This document shows, one piece after another, positions 54,291 through 64,000 of a DNA stretch of 64,000 nucleotides (position 1 is the stretch's first letter; each line of letters starts with the position of its first letter). A program made the position numbers and the translations under genes. Origin of the DNA: Eremomyces bilateralis CBS 781.70 (lineage: Eukaryota); assembly GCA_010015585.1 (NCBI GenBank), contig ML975151.1, one strand, 5' to 3'. The notes below the pieces were generated by a model that saw nothing but the letters and a program-made list of their open reading frames with translations, made no database searches and was not told where the DNA came from.

Positions 54291-56441
54291 ATGTACACCC
54301 CCCGATCGTATGCTCAGTACCAGGCTTTGCATGTTCCGAAACCCTCCAAATCGACGACGAAGGGCGGCAAGGATGTGAAGGATACGCAGAATCATGCAAG
54401 AGGCGACTATGGAACTGTTAATACGGCCGGACTTGGAAATACCATGTTGAAAGGCACGCGGAAGGCTCCGGCGACAGTCGTCAGGCGATCGAGTCTAACT
54501 GGAGATGTCGATCCGACGACAACGGGTGCAACAACTCCAGTGCAACCATTTCGCCAACATGATTCTCATCCACACGCAATAACGTCACAAATGCCCGACG
54601 AAGACATCTCGAGCCACCGACCATCCCTCATACATACCAACCCCTTCAACGGTGACACCGTTCCTCTACCCTCTCGACCCGTCGTTATCCCAAGTCGCTC
54701 GACAGCCGCCATCACCTCCCACCCTTCCCACGCACACACCATCCGCGCACGCGGTCCACATGGAGGGAATCCATCCGGGCGGATGCCGTCGCGGACACGC
54801 ACCGATACATCGAAACACAACCCCAAAGCCTTGCCACCAGCCGTCGCGGCTCTGCTGGCGCTGACGTCCATTCCGCCACCACGACGTCAATCTACAAGAC
54901 GAGGAACGGTAGCTGAGAGTCCACGACGGACTGTAGCGGAGAGCCCAAGTCCAAGCAATGTGGACGAGCTGATCCGACACTGGCGGGAGGAGGAGCATGG
55001 GAGTAGTGCCAACCAGTCGGCCGCACCTTCGTTCGCGACAAGCTCACCGCTCGATGTACTCCTCGAGCCACCTCGTTCCGTCCCGAGTGAGGCAGACACG
55101 ACCGCCGACGCCTCGGAAGACGAACAAGACGGCGATGAGAGCGACAGCGATGCGGCCGAGCATGAGCACCACCCCAGGAGCGTTCGATCGACCCCGTCGC
55201 GCTCGGTATCGTCCAGCAGCATTCCCAGCCTCGAACCCGCATCCGCGTGCCCCTCTGTTTTCTCTATGTCAGCATTCGGGTCTAGCATGCCATTCACCCC
55301 CGCCAACACCAGCTCCCCCTCCTCCACGACCGGACGACGCGAAAAGTTCGTGAACTCCCCTCCTTCCGAAGCATGTGTCGACAGTCACCCGCTCATTTCC
55401 CCCCTCCTCGGACCCGACCCGACGTCATTCTCCGACATTCCCCTCCACCTCCCCGCGCTCACCCTCCCCGATCCCGAACCTCCACCCACCTCCCGAAACC
55501 GACACGTATCCCCACCTCCGCCGAAACCCCGCAAATCCAACCTTACTGCCTCCCTTAGCGCCCTCCGCGCGACCCGTCTCCTCTCCGCCTTCTCTCCTTC
55601 ATCTACCGACCCTCCCCTCCCCTCCTCCACCTCCTCTCCCACCACCGAGCCCGAATCCCTCCTCACCCGCTCCCCTTACGGCAACCCCTCCACCCGCCGC
55701 TTCCCCAGCGAGATGCGCCCCCGCTGGAGCTGGTCCGCCGAGATGCCCGTCCCGGAGCCTGTGCGTCGTTACTTTAACCCCGCGCCCCCCACGTCCGGTG
55801 GCCGCCTCGGGTATCTCCGCGACGCGGACAGCACGAGCCGCGGCATCGGATGGAGCGGCGGCGAGAGCGCGACGGGCAGCGCGGCGAGACGGAGGGGGAG
55901 CAGCATCGCGGTGCAGCCGGGCGATGTGCATCGGGATGCGAACCTGGCGTTGCGGGCGGAGGAGCCGGCGGGCGCGCCGGTCAAAGGGAAGATGATTCTG
56001 TTGCGGACGTATACGAAGACGGGGCCGGCAGGAAATCACGCCAATCATCCCTCCGCCTCTTCCTTACCCCCTCCCGCGCCATTATCTCCCCGCCGAAAAC
56101 GCCCCATCCCCGAAAAATCTGCGTCGTCTCCTGCGCCGTCTCCGCTTGAGGACGCGGGACGAATGGCTGCGGAGACGGGGGCGGGGCAACCGATGGCGCG
56201 ACCGCGCGAGCCAAGGGAGAACAGCGATTTCCTACGAGTCATTGTGTTGGAGATGAATATGCGGCGGGTGGGGAAGTTGGATCGGAAGGCGGGGGGGCGG
56301 GCGAAGATTTGGTTGCCACCGAGAGAGGGGAGGGGGAGTGGTGGGGGGCCGGAGGAGAAGGAGGAGAAGGAGGAGAAGGAGGGGGAGAGGGAGAAGGTGC
56401 CAGAGCGGTGGAGGGGGTGGAGTGTTGATGAGGAGGGGTGA
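54291..56441 (+). CDS. Conserved fungal protein of unknown function (disordered, with conserved C-terminal motif)
   Basis: Long intronless ORF with ordered-looking islands LPPAVAALLALTSIP and RPREPRENSDFLRVIVLEMNMRRVGKL..GRAKIWLPPR. Start uncertain. Confidence 0.75.
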   Translation: MYTPRSYAQYQALHVPKPSKSTTKGGKDVKDTQNHARGDYGTVNTAGLGNTMLKGTRKAPATVVRRSSLTGDVDPTTTGATTPVQPFRQHDSHPHAITSQMPDEDISSHRPSLIHTNPFNGDTVPLPSRPVVIPSRSTAAITSHPSHAHTIRARGPHGGNPSGRMPSRTRTDTSKHNPKALPPAVAALLALTSIPPPRRQSTRRGTVAESPRRTVAESPSPSNVDELIRHWREEEHGSSANQSAAPSFATSSPLDVLLEPPRSVPSEADTTADASEDEQDGDESDSDAAEHEHHPRSVRSTPSRSVSSSSIPSLEPASACPSVFSMSAFGSSMPFTPANTSSPSSTTGRREKFVNSPPSEACVDSHPLISPLLGPDPTSFSDIPLHLPALTLPDPEPPPTSRNRHVSPPPPKPRKSNLTASLSALRATRLLSAFSPSSTDPPLPSSTSSPTTEPESLLTRSPYGNPSTRRFPSEMRPRWSWSAEMPVPEPVRRYFNPAPPTSGGRLGYLRDADSTSRGIGWSGGESATGSAARRRGSSIAVQPGDVHRDANLALRAEEPAGAPVKGKMILLRTYTKTGPAGNHANHPSASSLPPPAPLSPRRKRPIPEKSASSPAPSPLEDAGRMAAETGAGQPMARPREPRENSDFLRVIVLEMNMRRVGKLDRKAGGRAKIWLPPREGRGSGGGPEEKEEKEEKEGEREKVPERWRGWSVDEEG

Positions 56442-57307
56442 GAGAGGGAGAGGGAGGAGATGATGAGGATGATTTGATGACTATGATGATGACTTGGAAC
56501 TGAGGATCGGAAGAAGCATAACGAGCATCGGTAGGAGACCAACGGGTCTTTATTGGGGATCTTCCACGCCGTGGAGGCGGTGGAGTACCCTGATGGCCGG
56601 TGATACAGATGGATTGCGTGACCATCCTGGATGATGACGGCTGCTGCATATTTTAGAGGTTTAGAACTGCTGCAGAGCAGATGGTACTGCCAGGTGCCGC
56701 ATGATCACTCAATCATTGGGATGGAGCAAAAGATAATGTCCTTCGTAATTAGGTTTTCGTTGGGATGGACTAGCATTAGTGGCGAAGAATCGCATTGATA
56801 TTGCTCCCTTTTTTGGTTTTTTTTGACTGGAGGTGACTTGAATGAGAAGCTGCGGTCCTTAAAGACGACACACGATATAAAGAAGAATCCAATTGATACT
56901 GTCGCTTAAAGACGAATTGGATGGGTTTTGTACACCTCGAAAGCTTCGAGATCTCATATATGAGGCATTTATCGGTAATTGCTGTCTGATCCCCCTGCAG
57001 CACACCTATGTCTACTCTATATCCTAAATCGCGCATCCCAGGTATCTCGAAAATGCCTCATATGCCTCTACCTTCATTTTATCTGGCATTGGCGTCGACT
57101 AGATCATGGTGAATCCAGGCTTGCACACCTCATGGCCAAATCCAGTCGAGCGCACCCAGTCCCGCTCGTTTCAGAACGAGACGGCTAAGTAGATGGCCTG
57201 AGGGAAGCCTCTATCCCCGTGGCATGTTTCTCGACCCTTTCCGAGCAGTGAGCTCGCGCATTCAGTGTCTTCTTCGATGCAAGATCTATAACGGCGTGAC
57301 AACATTC

Positions 57308-58122
57308 TCAACTCTCCCCCTTCCACCTCTGCTGCCCCTTTAACCACCCCCCAATCGTCCCCTCCAACCACCCCATCAGATCCTCCCTCCTCCCTTCCAC
57401 CCCTCCCATCACTACATCCTCCCCCTTCCCTCCCTCCACCAAACACCGCCTCCTCGCCTCTCCTTCCACTGCCTTCATTCCCCTTCCATCCCCCCTCCCA
57501 CTCATCTCCCACAACAAACACTTCCCCTGCCTCGAATACCCAACCGCATGCACCGCCTCCACCTTCCCTCCCCCCGTCTCCCCCACCCCCACCACCCCCA
57601 CCTCCCCCGTCCCCTCCACCACCGCCAAGCTCGCCACACACGCTACCGTGCGCATTGGGATCCGTGCGGCCAGCAATGCCAGTTGCGCGGCGTGCGCGAG
57701 GGAGGGGAGGAGCGCGATGCGAGCGACGGACGCGGCGCTACCGGTGCGGAGCGTCTGAGCTGTGGGGGGGACGGAGAGGATCTGGAGGGTGATTTGGATG
57801 AGGGAGCGGGGGAGGGCGGGGGTGAGGATGATGGGGTGGAGGAAAGAGAGGAGGGTGGATTCGAGGGAGCGTTCGGGGGGTCCTGGGGGATGGTTAGTAT
57901 GATGGAATGGGAGGTGGGGGGAGGGATATATGACATACCTCCGACGCCGTTGGCGGGGCGGATGTGTACTTCGATGAAGGCTTCGAGAGGTTGTTCGTCG
58001 CGGCGCTGGGCTTCGAGGGGGCCGTTGACGGTGCAGAGGACTGTGTAGCCGTTGGAGGAGACGGTTGCGGAGCCGTCGGGGTGGGGGAGGGTATTGACTT
58101 GGGCGGATTGATGGGAAGGCAT
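57308..58122 (-). CDS. RRP46: Exosome complex component Rrp46 (RNase PH-like), 2 exons
   Basis: L..PDGSA..GYTVLCTVNGPLE..RRDE..A.IEVHIRP..GVG|..ERSLE..PRSLIQITLQIL..LALLAARIPMR. Confidence 0.85.
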
Positions 58123-58549
58123 TGTGGCAGAGTCAATTGAGTGCTGTACTGTATAGTACCGTATACAAATGACACCCTCGACGAGAAGAATGGAAGATAG
58201 AGAGAGGCAAGGTTGCAAGTGGTTCTCTTTTACTATGTAAGAGGAAACTATGGCGCATTATTATTCTTGTCAAAAATAACGTGAAGGATCCTAGTTAACT
58301 ATAGACTAAGGTACATTAATTACGTACCGGTACGTACCTTGTCAGTAGTCACTTTCTAACTTCAAAGGCTGAGGGGTCACTCCAGTCAGTTCAATCTTCA
58401 CTCATCCTCGACTTCCATATGATTTCGCTCCTTTCCTTACTTCTTTCTACCAACCAAATAAACAATTCATTTCACATTTCGCATATATCTCCTCCTTCGC
58501 CCATGATGACGCCAACTTCCTAGACCCAATCTACCAGACTACCATCACA

Positions 58550-60735
58550 ATGTCTCCCCAGCCCATTGACGAAGCCCTCCTCTTCCACCCCAAAGACCCG
58601 AACATCGTCGACGAGAATTTATACGAAGAATTCAGCCTCTCCTCCGTCGACATTTTCTCGGCCTCCCACCCCACCGTCCTCGTCTCCCTCTTCGAAGCCG
58701 ACGAATCCTCCCCCGTCACCGTCGTCGGGAAGCTCGCCCCGCTCAACAAGCGCGAGCAGCACTTCCTTCAGCACCCGCTCCCCTCCAAGGACCGCCTTAT
58801 CCAAGCACGCAACGTCCGCCGCTTCTCGTTCGGCCAGTATCTAGATGGCACCCTCGCCTTCTGGGCCCTAGGCTCTGCCGGCCACTTCAAGTTGAGGCCA
58901 AGCGCTAACTATAAGCCGCTCTTCGACGACATGGAAGAGGGGTGTCGCATCCTCTACTTCCTAGTCGACACGTATAAGACGTCGGAGTCGAGCCGCGTAC
59001 CGGCGCGCGTCCCGCCTCAAGAAGTGTTTGCGCGCCTCGCCGCTCGGTATCCGCAATATGCGGCGGACGCGGGCGAGGCGATGCGAAAGATCTACAAGCA
59101 TCAGAACTTCCTCGTCGGCCAGATGCGGCAGGGGAGGGATGGGCTGCATTGGGGTCACACGGGGATTTACCAGCATTTGGTCAAGAGACCGGGGAGTGGT
59201 CTGGTTCAGCCATCCCCTACCCCAGCGACCGAGCAACCGGCAATCAAGGACCGGCCGTCGAGTACGAGACAAATCGTCCCAAGGTCAACAACCACGGCCA
59301 CGACTTCAAGAACCTCATCCTCCACACCCACGACCAAGGCAGCCGATATGCCTCCCTCGACAATGCCCCCTGCAGACAAGCAGCCCGACCACACCCAGCC
59401 CCTCATCCCCAAACGCCGCCCTGGCCGGCCTCGCAAGGACCGCGCGAAAGAATGGGAATCCGCCCAGACGCTCTGGTCATTCATGCGCACCGCCGTCCGC
59501 ACGCGGTCGATCGCCACACGCGACATCACGCTGGCTGGCTTTGCCTCCGCGTTCAACCTGCACTACGACCTCCACCCGGCGGTGGACGCAGCGCAGTATT
59601 TCCTCGCGCACGCGACGGCACTGGTGTCGATGATGCAGCTGGCGGACGACGGGATCCACGGGGGAGTAACGGTGGACGGGGGGCGGATGCGGTGGACGCG
59701 GACAATTGTGTATCGGGCCCTGGTCAGCGAGGAGATGGACGCGAAGACGCAGGCGGAGGTGTTGGGCGTGGAGGCCACGCCGCGGGCGGAGAGCGGGCTG
59801 GTGGAGGCGGTGAATGAGCAGGATGAGCGGGATGCGGAGAGTAGTGGGGCGGAGGAGGAGGTGGTGGTGTTGATGCCGAAGCGGAATACGAGGGGAAGGA
59901 AGAGTAAGAGCGTGTTGAGGCCGAAGGCGAGCCGGAAGCGGTATTCGGGGAAAGGCGCGGCGACGGATGTCAAGGATGAGGAGATGGACGATGGAGATGT
60001 GGATGCGACGCCGCCGAAGCGAAAGGGCGACGAGATGGACGTTGACGGCGATGGCGTCGAGCACCGGCGACCGTCGAAACGCAACAAGAGCATCGAGCCG
60101 CATCTAGCAGACATGAACCTCGACTACCCATCCATACCCGGCGCAGACAGCTCCGATGACGACGACGCCTCCACCTCACCCTCATCCACACCACCCCCCT
60201 CCCTCGCCACCACCCAAATGCACCATCTTGCCACCGCCCTCACCGCTGCCCTCCCCCTCCACCGCAAGCCCCCCCTCACCGATTCCATCTCCCTCTTCCA
60301 CCCCCTCCTGCGCGCCGAGCCGCGCCCCTCCACCGCGCCCAACGCGCCCGGCGACGCGTGGCAGTGCACCTTCTCAGGATGCGCGCACGTGGTGTTCGGC
60401 GCGAGCACGGACGACGGAGTTGGGTTGATTGAGGAGCATTTGGTGGTGCATGAGGGGGGGATAGAGGAGCGGTTGGGGATTATTCGGGAGGAGGGGGGGC
60501 GGGTGGGGATGCCGGTGAAGTATGGATCTTCCTCCATTTCTCTATTTGCTTTGGTTGGCGTGTTTTCGTTTTTCCGGATGGACCGCTAACTTGTTTCGTG
60601 TGCAGTAACCTTCTCAAACGCATTCGGGACCTTGCGACACAGCATGCGGTCTCGGCCGCTGCGGAGCCGAGTAGTACGGCGGGAGCAGCGGAGGAGAATG
60701 CACCGGCGCCACGGTTGTTGAGACAGCGATACTGA
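58550..60735 (+). CDS. RFTS (DNMT1-RFD)-domain protein with AT-hook and C-terminal C2H2-like finger (Raf2/DIM-7-like), 2 exons
   Basis: N-terminal EFSLSSVDI..LVSLFEA..VTVVGKL..FSFGQ..FWALGSAGHFKLRPSANYK.LF..M.E, AT-hook KRRPGRPRK and WQC..GC..H..H. The last intron gives PVN|NLLKRI...QRY*. Confidence 0.72.
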
Positions 60736-61046
60736 TGGAGAGATGAGCTGGTCCTCTTATACGGAGGGATAACGTGTTTTATGAGTGTCTAAGGCTGGCG
60801 TTCACTGGAGGGGGTACATGGGAAAGATACCCTCGTGGGAAAGCTAGGTGAACATGGAATTGCGTCCGATGATAGTACAGTTTACGCGTAGTGTTACAAG
60901 ATCGGATAATTTCTTCGAATTCATTAGGTGGGAATCCTGTCCCGTCTCATCTTAATGTGGGACAATATTCATCGAATTCATCCACTCCTTCGTCCATCTC
61001 GCTCCATATCCCATCCCATCTCATCACCCCTCATCATCGTCACCTC

Positions 61047-61804
61047 CTAAAAAATCCTCTCCAACACCCCCTTCTCCTCCTTCCCCCCCCTTCCCTCCCC
61101 CCCATCCATCATATCCGCCTCCTTCCGCAGCACATCCGCCCGGAACGCGCGGAACGCCGTCTCGATGCGCTTCAAGCACTCCGGGTCGGACGCGATGGTG
61201 CGGTGGGCGGCGTAGGAGCCAGTGAGCAGGCCGGTCTCGCCGCCGAGGAAGAGGCCGCCGGCGGAGAAGAAGAAGAGGGCGAAGAGGTCGCCGAGGGGGG
61301 AGGGGCGGAGGGCGGTGATGAGGTCGGGGAGGGGTTCTAGGGGGGTGGTTAGTTAGCGTTGGGAGACGCGGTGGGGTGGGTTGGAGGGTGGAGGGGCTGG
61401 AGGGAGGAGGGGGTTATTGGCTGGGTTTCTGGCCGTGCTTGATATCCCGTCCCCCCATCTCTCCCCTCCCTCGCGTCCACCACCCCCAAAGCAAAACAAA
61501 GCGCAGGATCTAGGTACTACTCACCAGTCCGTCCCCCCTCATATGTCACATGCGTCGGTTTCTCCGCCGTCCGAAACGCCGTAAACATCCTCCTGCGCGC
61601 CCCCCTTGCCCTCGACGCCAGCAACAGCCCCAGCCCCACGCCGGCGATGCTGCCAATCATGGCATGGGTGCTCAGGCGCTGGGCAGCGGTGCGCAGGCGG
61701 TCGCGGTCCTCGGCGCGCAGGTCGGAGTGGAAGTGGTGGTCGGCGAGGTTGGCGAATTCATCGCCGGCGGATTTGCGGAGGGCGGCGAGGGAGTGGGAGG
61801 ACAT
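61047..61804 (-). CDS. Conserved fungal two-TM protein of unknown function, 2 exons
   Basis: Exons joined across GT-AG intron 61337-61524: ...IGSIAGVGLGLLLA..MFTAFRTAEKPTHV..GGRT|EPLPDL..PSPLGD..FFFSAGGLFLGGETGLLTG..RIETAFRAFRADVLRKEAD...RIF*. Confidence 0.8.
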
Positions 61805-63574
61805 GGTGGTGGGGGGGAAGGAGAAGGGGAGCATAGGGTGGGTGGTAGTGGGGGGGTGATGGTGGGAGATTGAGGGTTGAAGAGGGAGGCAAAGGTGGTC
61901 TTCGGAATTGACTTTGAAGATTAGATGATATATGATGGAGCAATGTTCAAACTAGAGATGGAATTGCTGCATTGAAGTGATTGTCTACTCTACACGACTT
62001 TAATATGAAAACATTCCTGTAGGAGTCTCGATGTCATTCGAGCGGGTGGATGACCCCGGGGCCTGGGGGAAGCCTATGACGCAACTCCCTGGTGGGCTGG
62101 ATTAGGTACGTACCCACGCTGTTTCCGAGCACTAGTGAAATCAATAATCATAGACTCGGATGGTTTAATTCTAGAGATGGAAAGGTCTTGATATATGAGA
62201 AAGAAGGGAAAAAGGAATGGAAGATAGATGGAAGGATAAAGGATGAATACGAGATATTAGGTACCCATGCTCCACACCCCCAAGGTGCGTACTATGCGAC
62301 TCGGTTGCCGCCAGCTCCTTATCCAAGGGCACTGAGTTACCTGTTGATTATAGTGAGGTACACCTTGGCATATGAAGGAGAGACTGGAGAGGATAAGAAA
62401 TCGAGACGTCTATGAGCCGACTTGGAGTCGAGAAGCCTCAAGGAGAGAAGGCGTTCTTCAAAGCATGAGAATGGTCGATTAACTTAGCACCCCACCACAG
62501 GAAATGAGGGAAGCCTATCCAAGGGGAATGAGAAATCCCAATCTATTTTTAAGCATTTACCGGTTCATTGGGATGGCAATACCGTTGTTGATGACGAATG
62601 AACAATGAACCAGAATGATGATGCCAGCCTCGTTGTCGTCGTTGATGAGAGAGAGCTCCCTGTAATTATTAGTGAAATGAGGTGCTGGTACATACTACGC
62701 CGTGAGAGAGACGAAATCCATCCTATCATCGGCCAGGATATATCCAGTTCTTATTTCGTATGCTGCTCCATCTTTCTTTGACTCCTTAGGCTCATTAGGA
62801 CTGGGAACCTTGGGTAGGTACTTCGATGGCTGACCGTTAAGCCACCCAAAGCCCATTTCTGCCCATCCTACTCCGCCCATCCACTCTTATATAAGCCCGA
62901 ATCGATGCCAAAAATGCCAACTTTTTTGCCTTCATCTGCAAGTCATCTGCAAGTCATCCGTATTATTGTCTATTTATCCTCGACCCATCATCCTTCGATG
63001 TGTCGTGAGTCTGTGTCTCTTTGAGAGTCTAATATCTGCTATTCGGATGTACCTCCTCTAACCACCACCACCACCACCACTTACAATTGGTACAGACTAC
63101 AGTAGCCAACCCTCCCTCACATCCTCTCCACTCTTCTCTCACTCTCATTCTCCCTCTCTCCTCCGTCTAATCTTCCACCTTCAGTCAGCGGATCCGACGA
63201 TTCTCCGACTCTCCGCCCGTCGTTGCAATACTTCTCCATCATACGGAGCCCGATACTCTCTACACTAATCTCGACCTCGTACTTGGTTGTCACACCTCGT
63301 ATTCATTCGCTTCACTTCGGCAAACTCCTCCCTCTTCCTCTCGTTGACAGGACCGTCGAAACTCTAAGTCCCCCGTCGCGTCGGCGCGTTCAACCTAATT
63401 CCTGCACCCTTCGTTTCACCTCATTTCGGAAACGAGCCACCAACCAACTCGTCCAACAGTCGCTCTCCTTTGCTTTGCGCGCGTGCTTCCCACTCAACCC
63501 ACGCATCTGGCGTACCTTGACGACGCAAAATCCGGTTTGTATCGTTGGATCTCGTCCGCTGCGACCGGTTGGCT

Positions 63575-63628
63575 CTCATCGCTCATCGCTCATCGCTCAT
63601 CGCTCATCGCCGCGCATCGCATCGCATC
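63575..63628. repeat. (CTCATCG)5 followed by (GCATC)3 simple repeats
   Basis: Directly visible in a pyrimidine-rich leader-like region. Confidence 0.9.
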
Positions 63629-63930
63629 CCTCAGTCGCTCGCTGAGAAAACTGGGAACCACGATCGACACCACGACTCTTCTAACCAAACTCCCTCCGAC
63701 TTATCGCTCCCTGGTCGACTTCCCACTTAATACCAATCCTCCCAAATCCGGCCCAGATTCTCGATTCGTGGTCTCCGGAGTCCTTCGCGCAATCGCCTAA
63801 TTAAATCCATTCCCCTTCCGTCGATTTTCCACCCGGCCGAGCAACGGAACCGTGGAAACACAACCATTCGTGAATCCTTTCGTCTCGAGATATCCGTCGA
63901 TACTTGCCTTGGACAAGGAGAAATATCGCG

Positions 63931-64000
63931 ATGGCGACGCAGCGCGCCAGAGCGGAGCCGTTCCCGGCTCACGCTGCAGAGGTGGCGACGTCAAAGAGGG
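63931..64000 (+). CDS. Possible 5' end of a gene continuing beyond the window
   Basis: TATA-like ttatataag at ~62888, a long CT-rich leader, then ATG GCG (MATQRARAEPFP...) open to the window edge. No recognisable motif. Confidence 0.25.
   Translation, partial: MATQRARAEPFPAHAAEVATSKR

Noticed and set aside
54900..54950. Short in-frame duplications (TVAESP x2 here; also GHGS x3 in LYAR, SSVYSG x2 in SUR7, TELP x2 in CWC22)
   Set aside because: Ordinary slippage in disordered protein regions.
1533..60537. Many long overlapping or antisense ORFs rich in P/S/R/G in the ORF track
   Set aside because: They are shadow frames of real genes, kept open by the C/G-rich blocks that lack stop codons.

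Overview
Eukaryotic DNA from a filamentous ascomycete (Pezizomycotina-type genes, short GT-AG introns with CTRAC branch points, an intron-containing tRNA-Tyr), with two small assembly gaps. About 22 mostly housekeeping genes can be read: GliK-like cyclotransferase, LYAR zinc-finger protein, Pan1, an SDR, SUR7/PalI protein, Vac8, an Nnk1-like kinase, Gpc1, Smc1, Cwc22, Dpm2 (absent from the ORF track), Ase1, delta-8 sphingolipid desaturase, Rrp46, a Raf2/DIM-7-like RFTS protein and several conserved unknowns. Two accessory-looking patches interrupt them. One is a frameshifted repeat plus ADP-ribosyltransferase-like gene at ~14.5-15.7 kb. The other, at ~36.9-43.6 kb, holds a secreted GlcG/HbpS protein, the tRNA, a modin-like gene and an EAAT-type SLC1 transporter with a long intronic hairpin. 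The most striking non-genic signal is a recurrent sense-strand C-rich then G-rich block architecture inside most core genes, ending G-rich at the stop codon. I found no CRISPR, transposase, Starship captain or biosynthetic cluster, and cannot claim a new multi-gene system. All family calls come from motif recognition by eye, not database searches.
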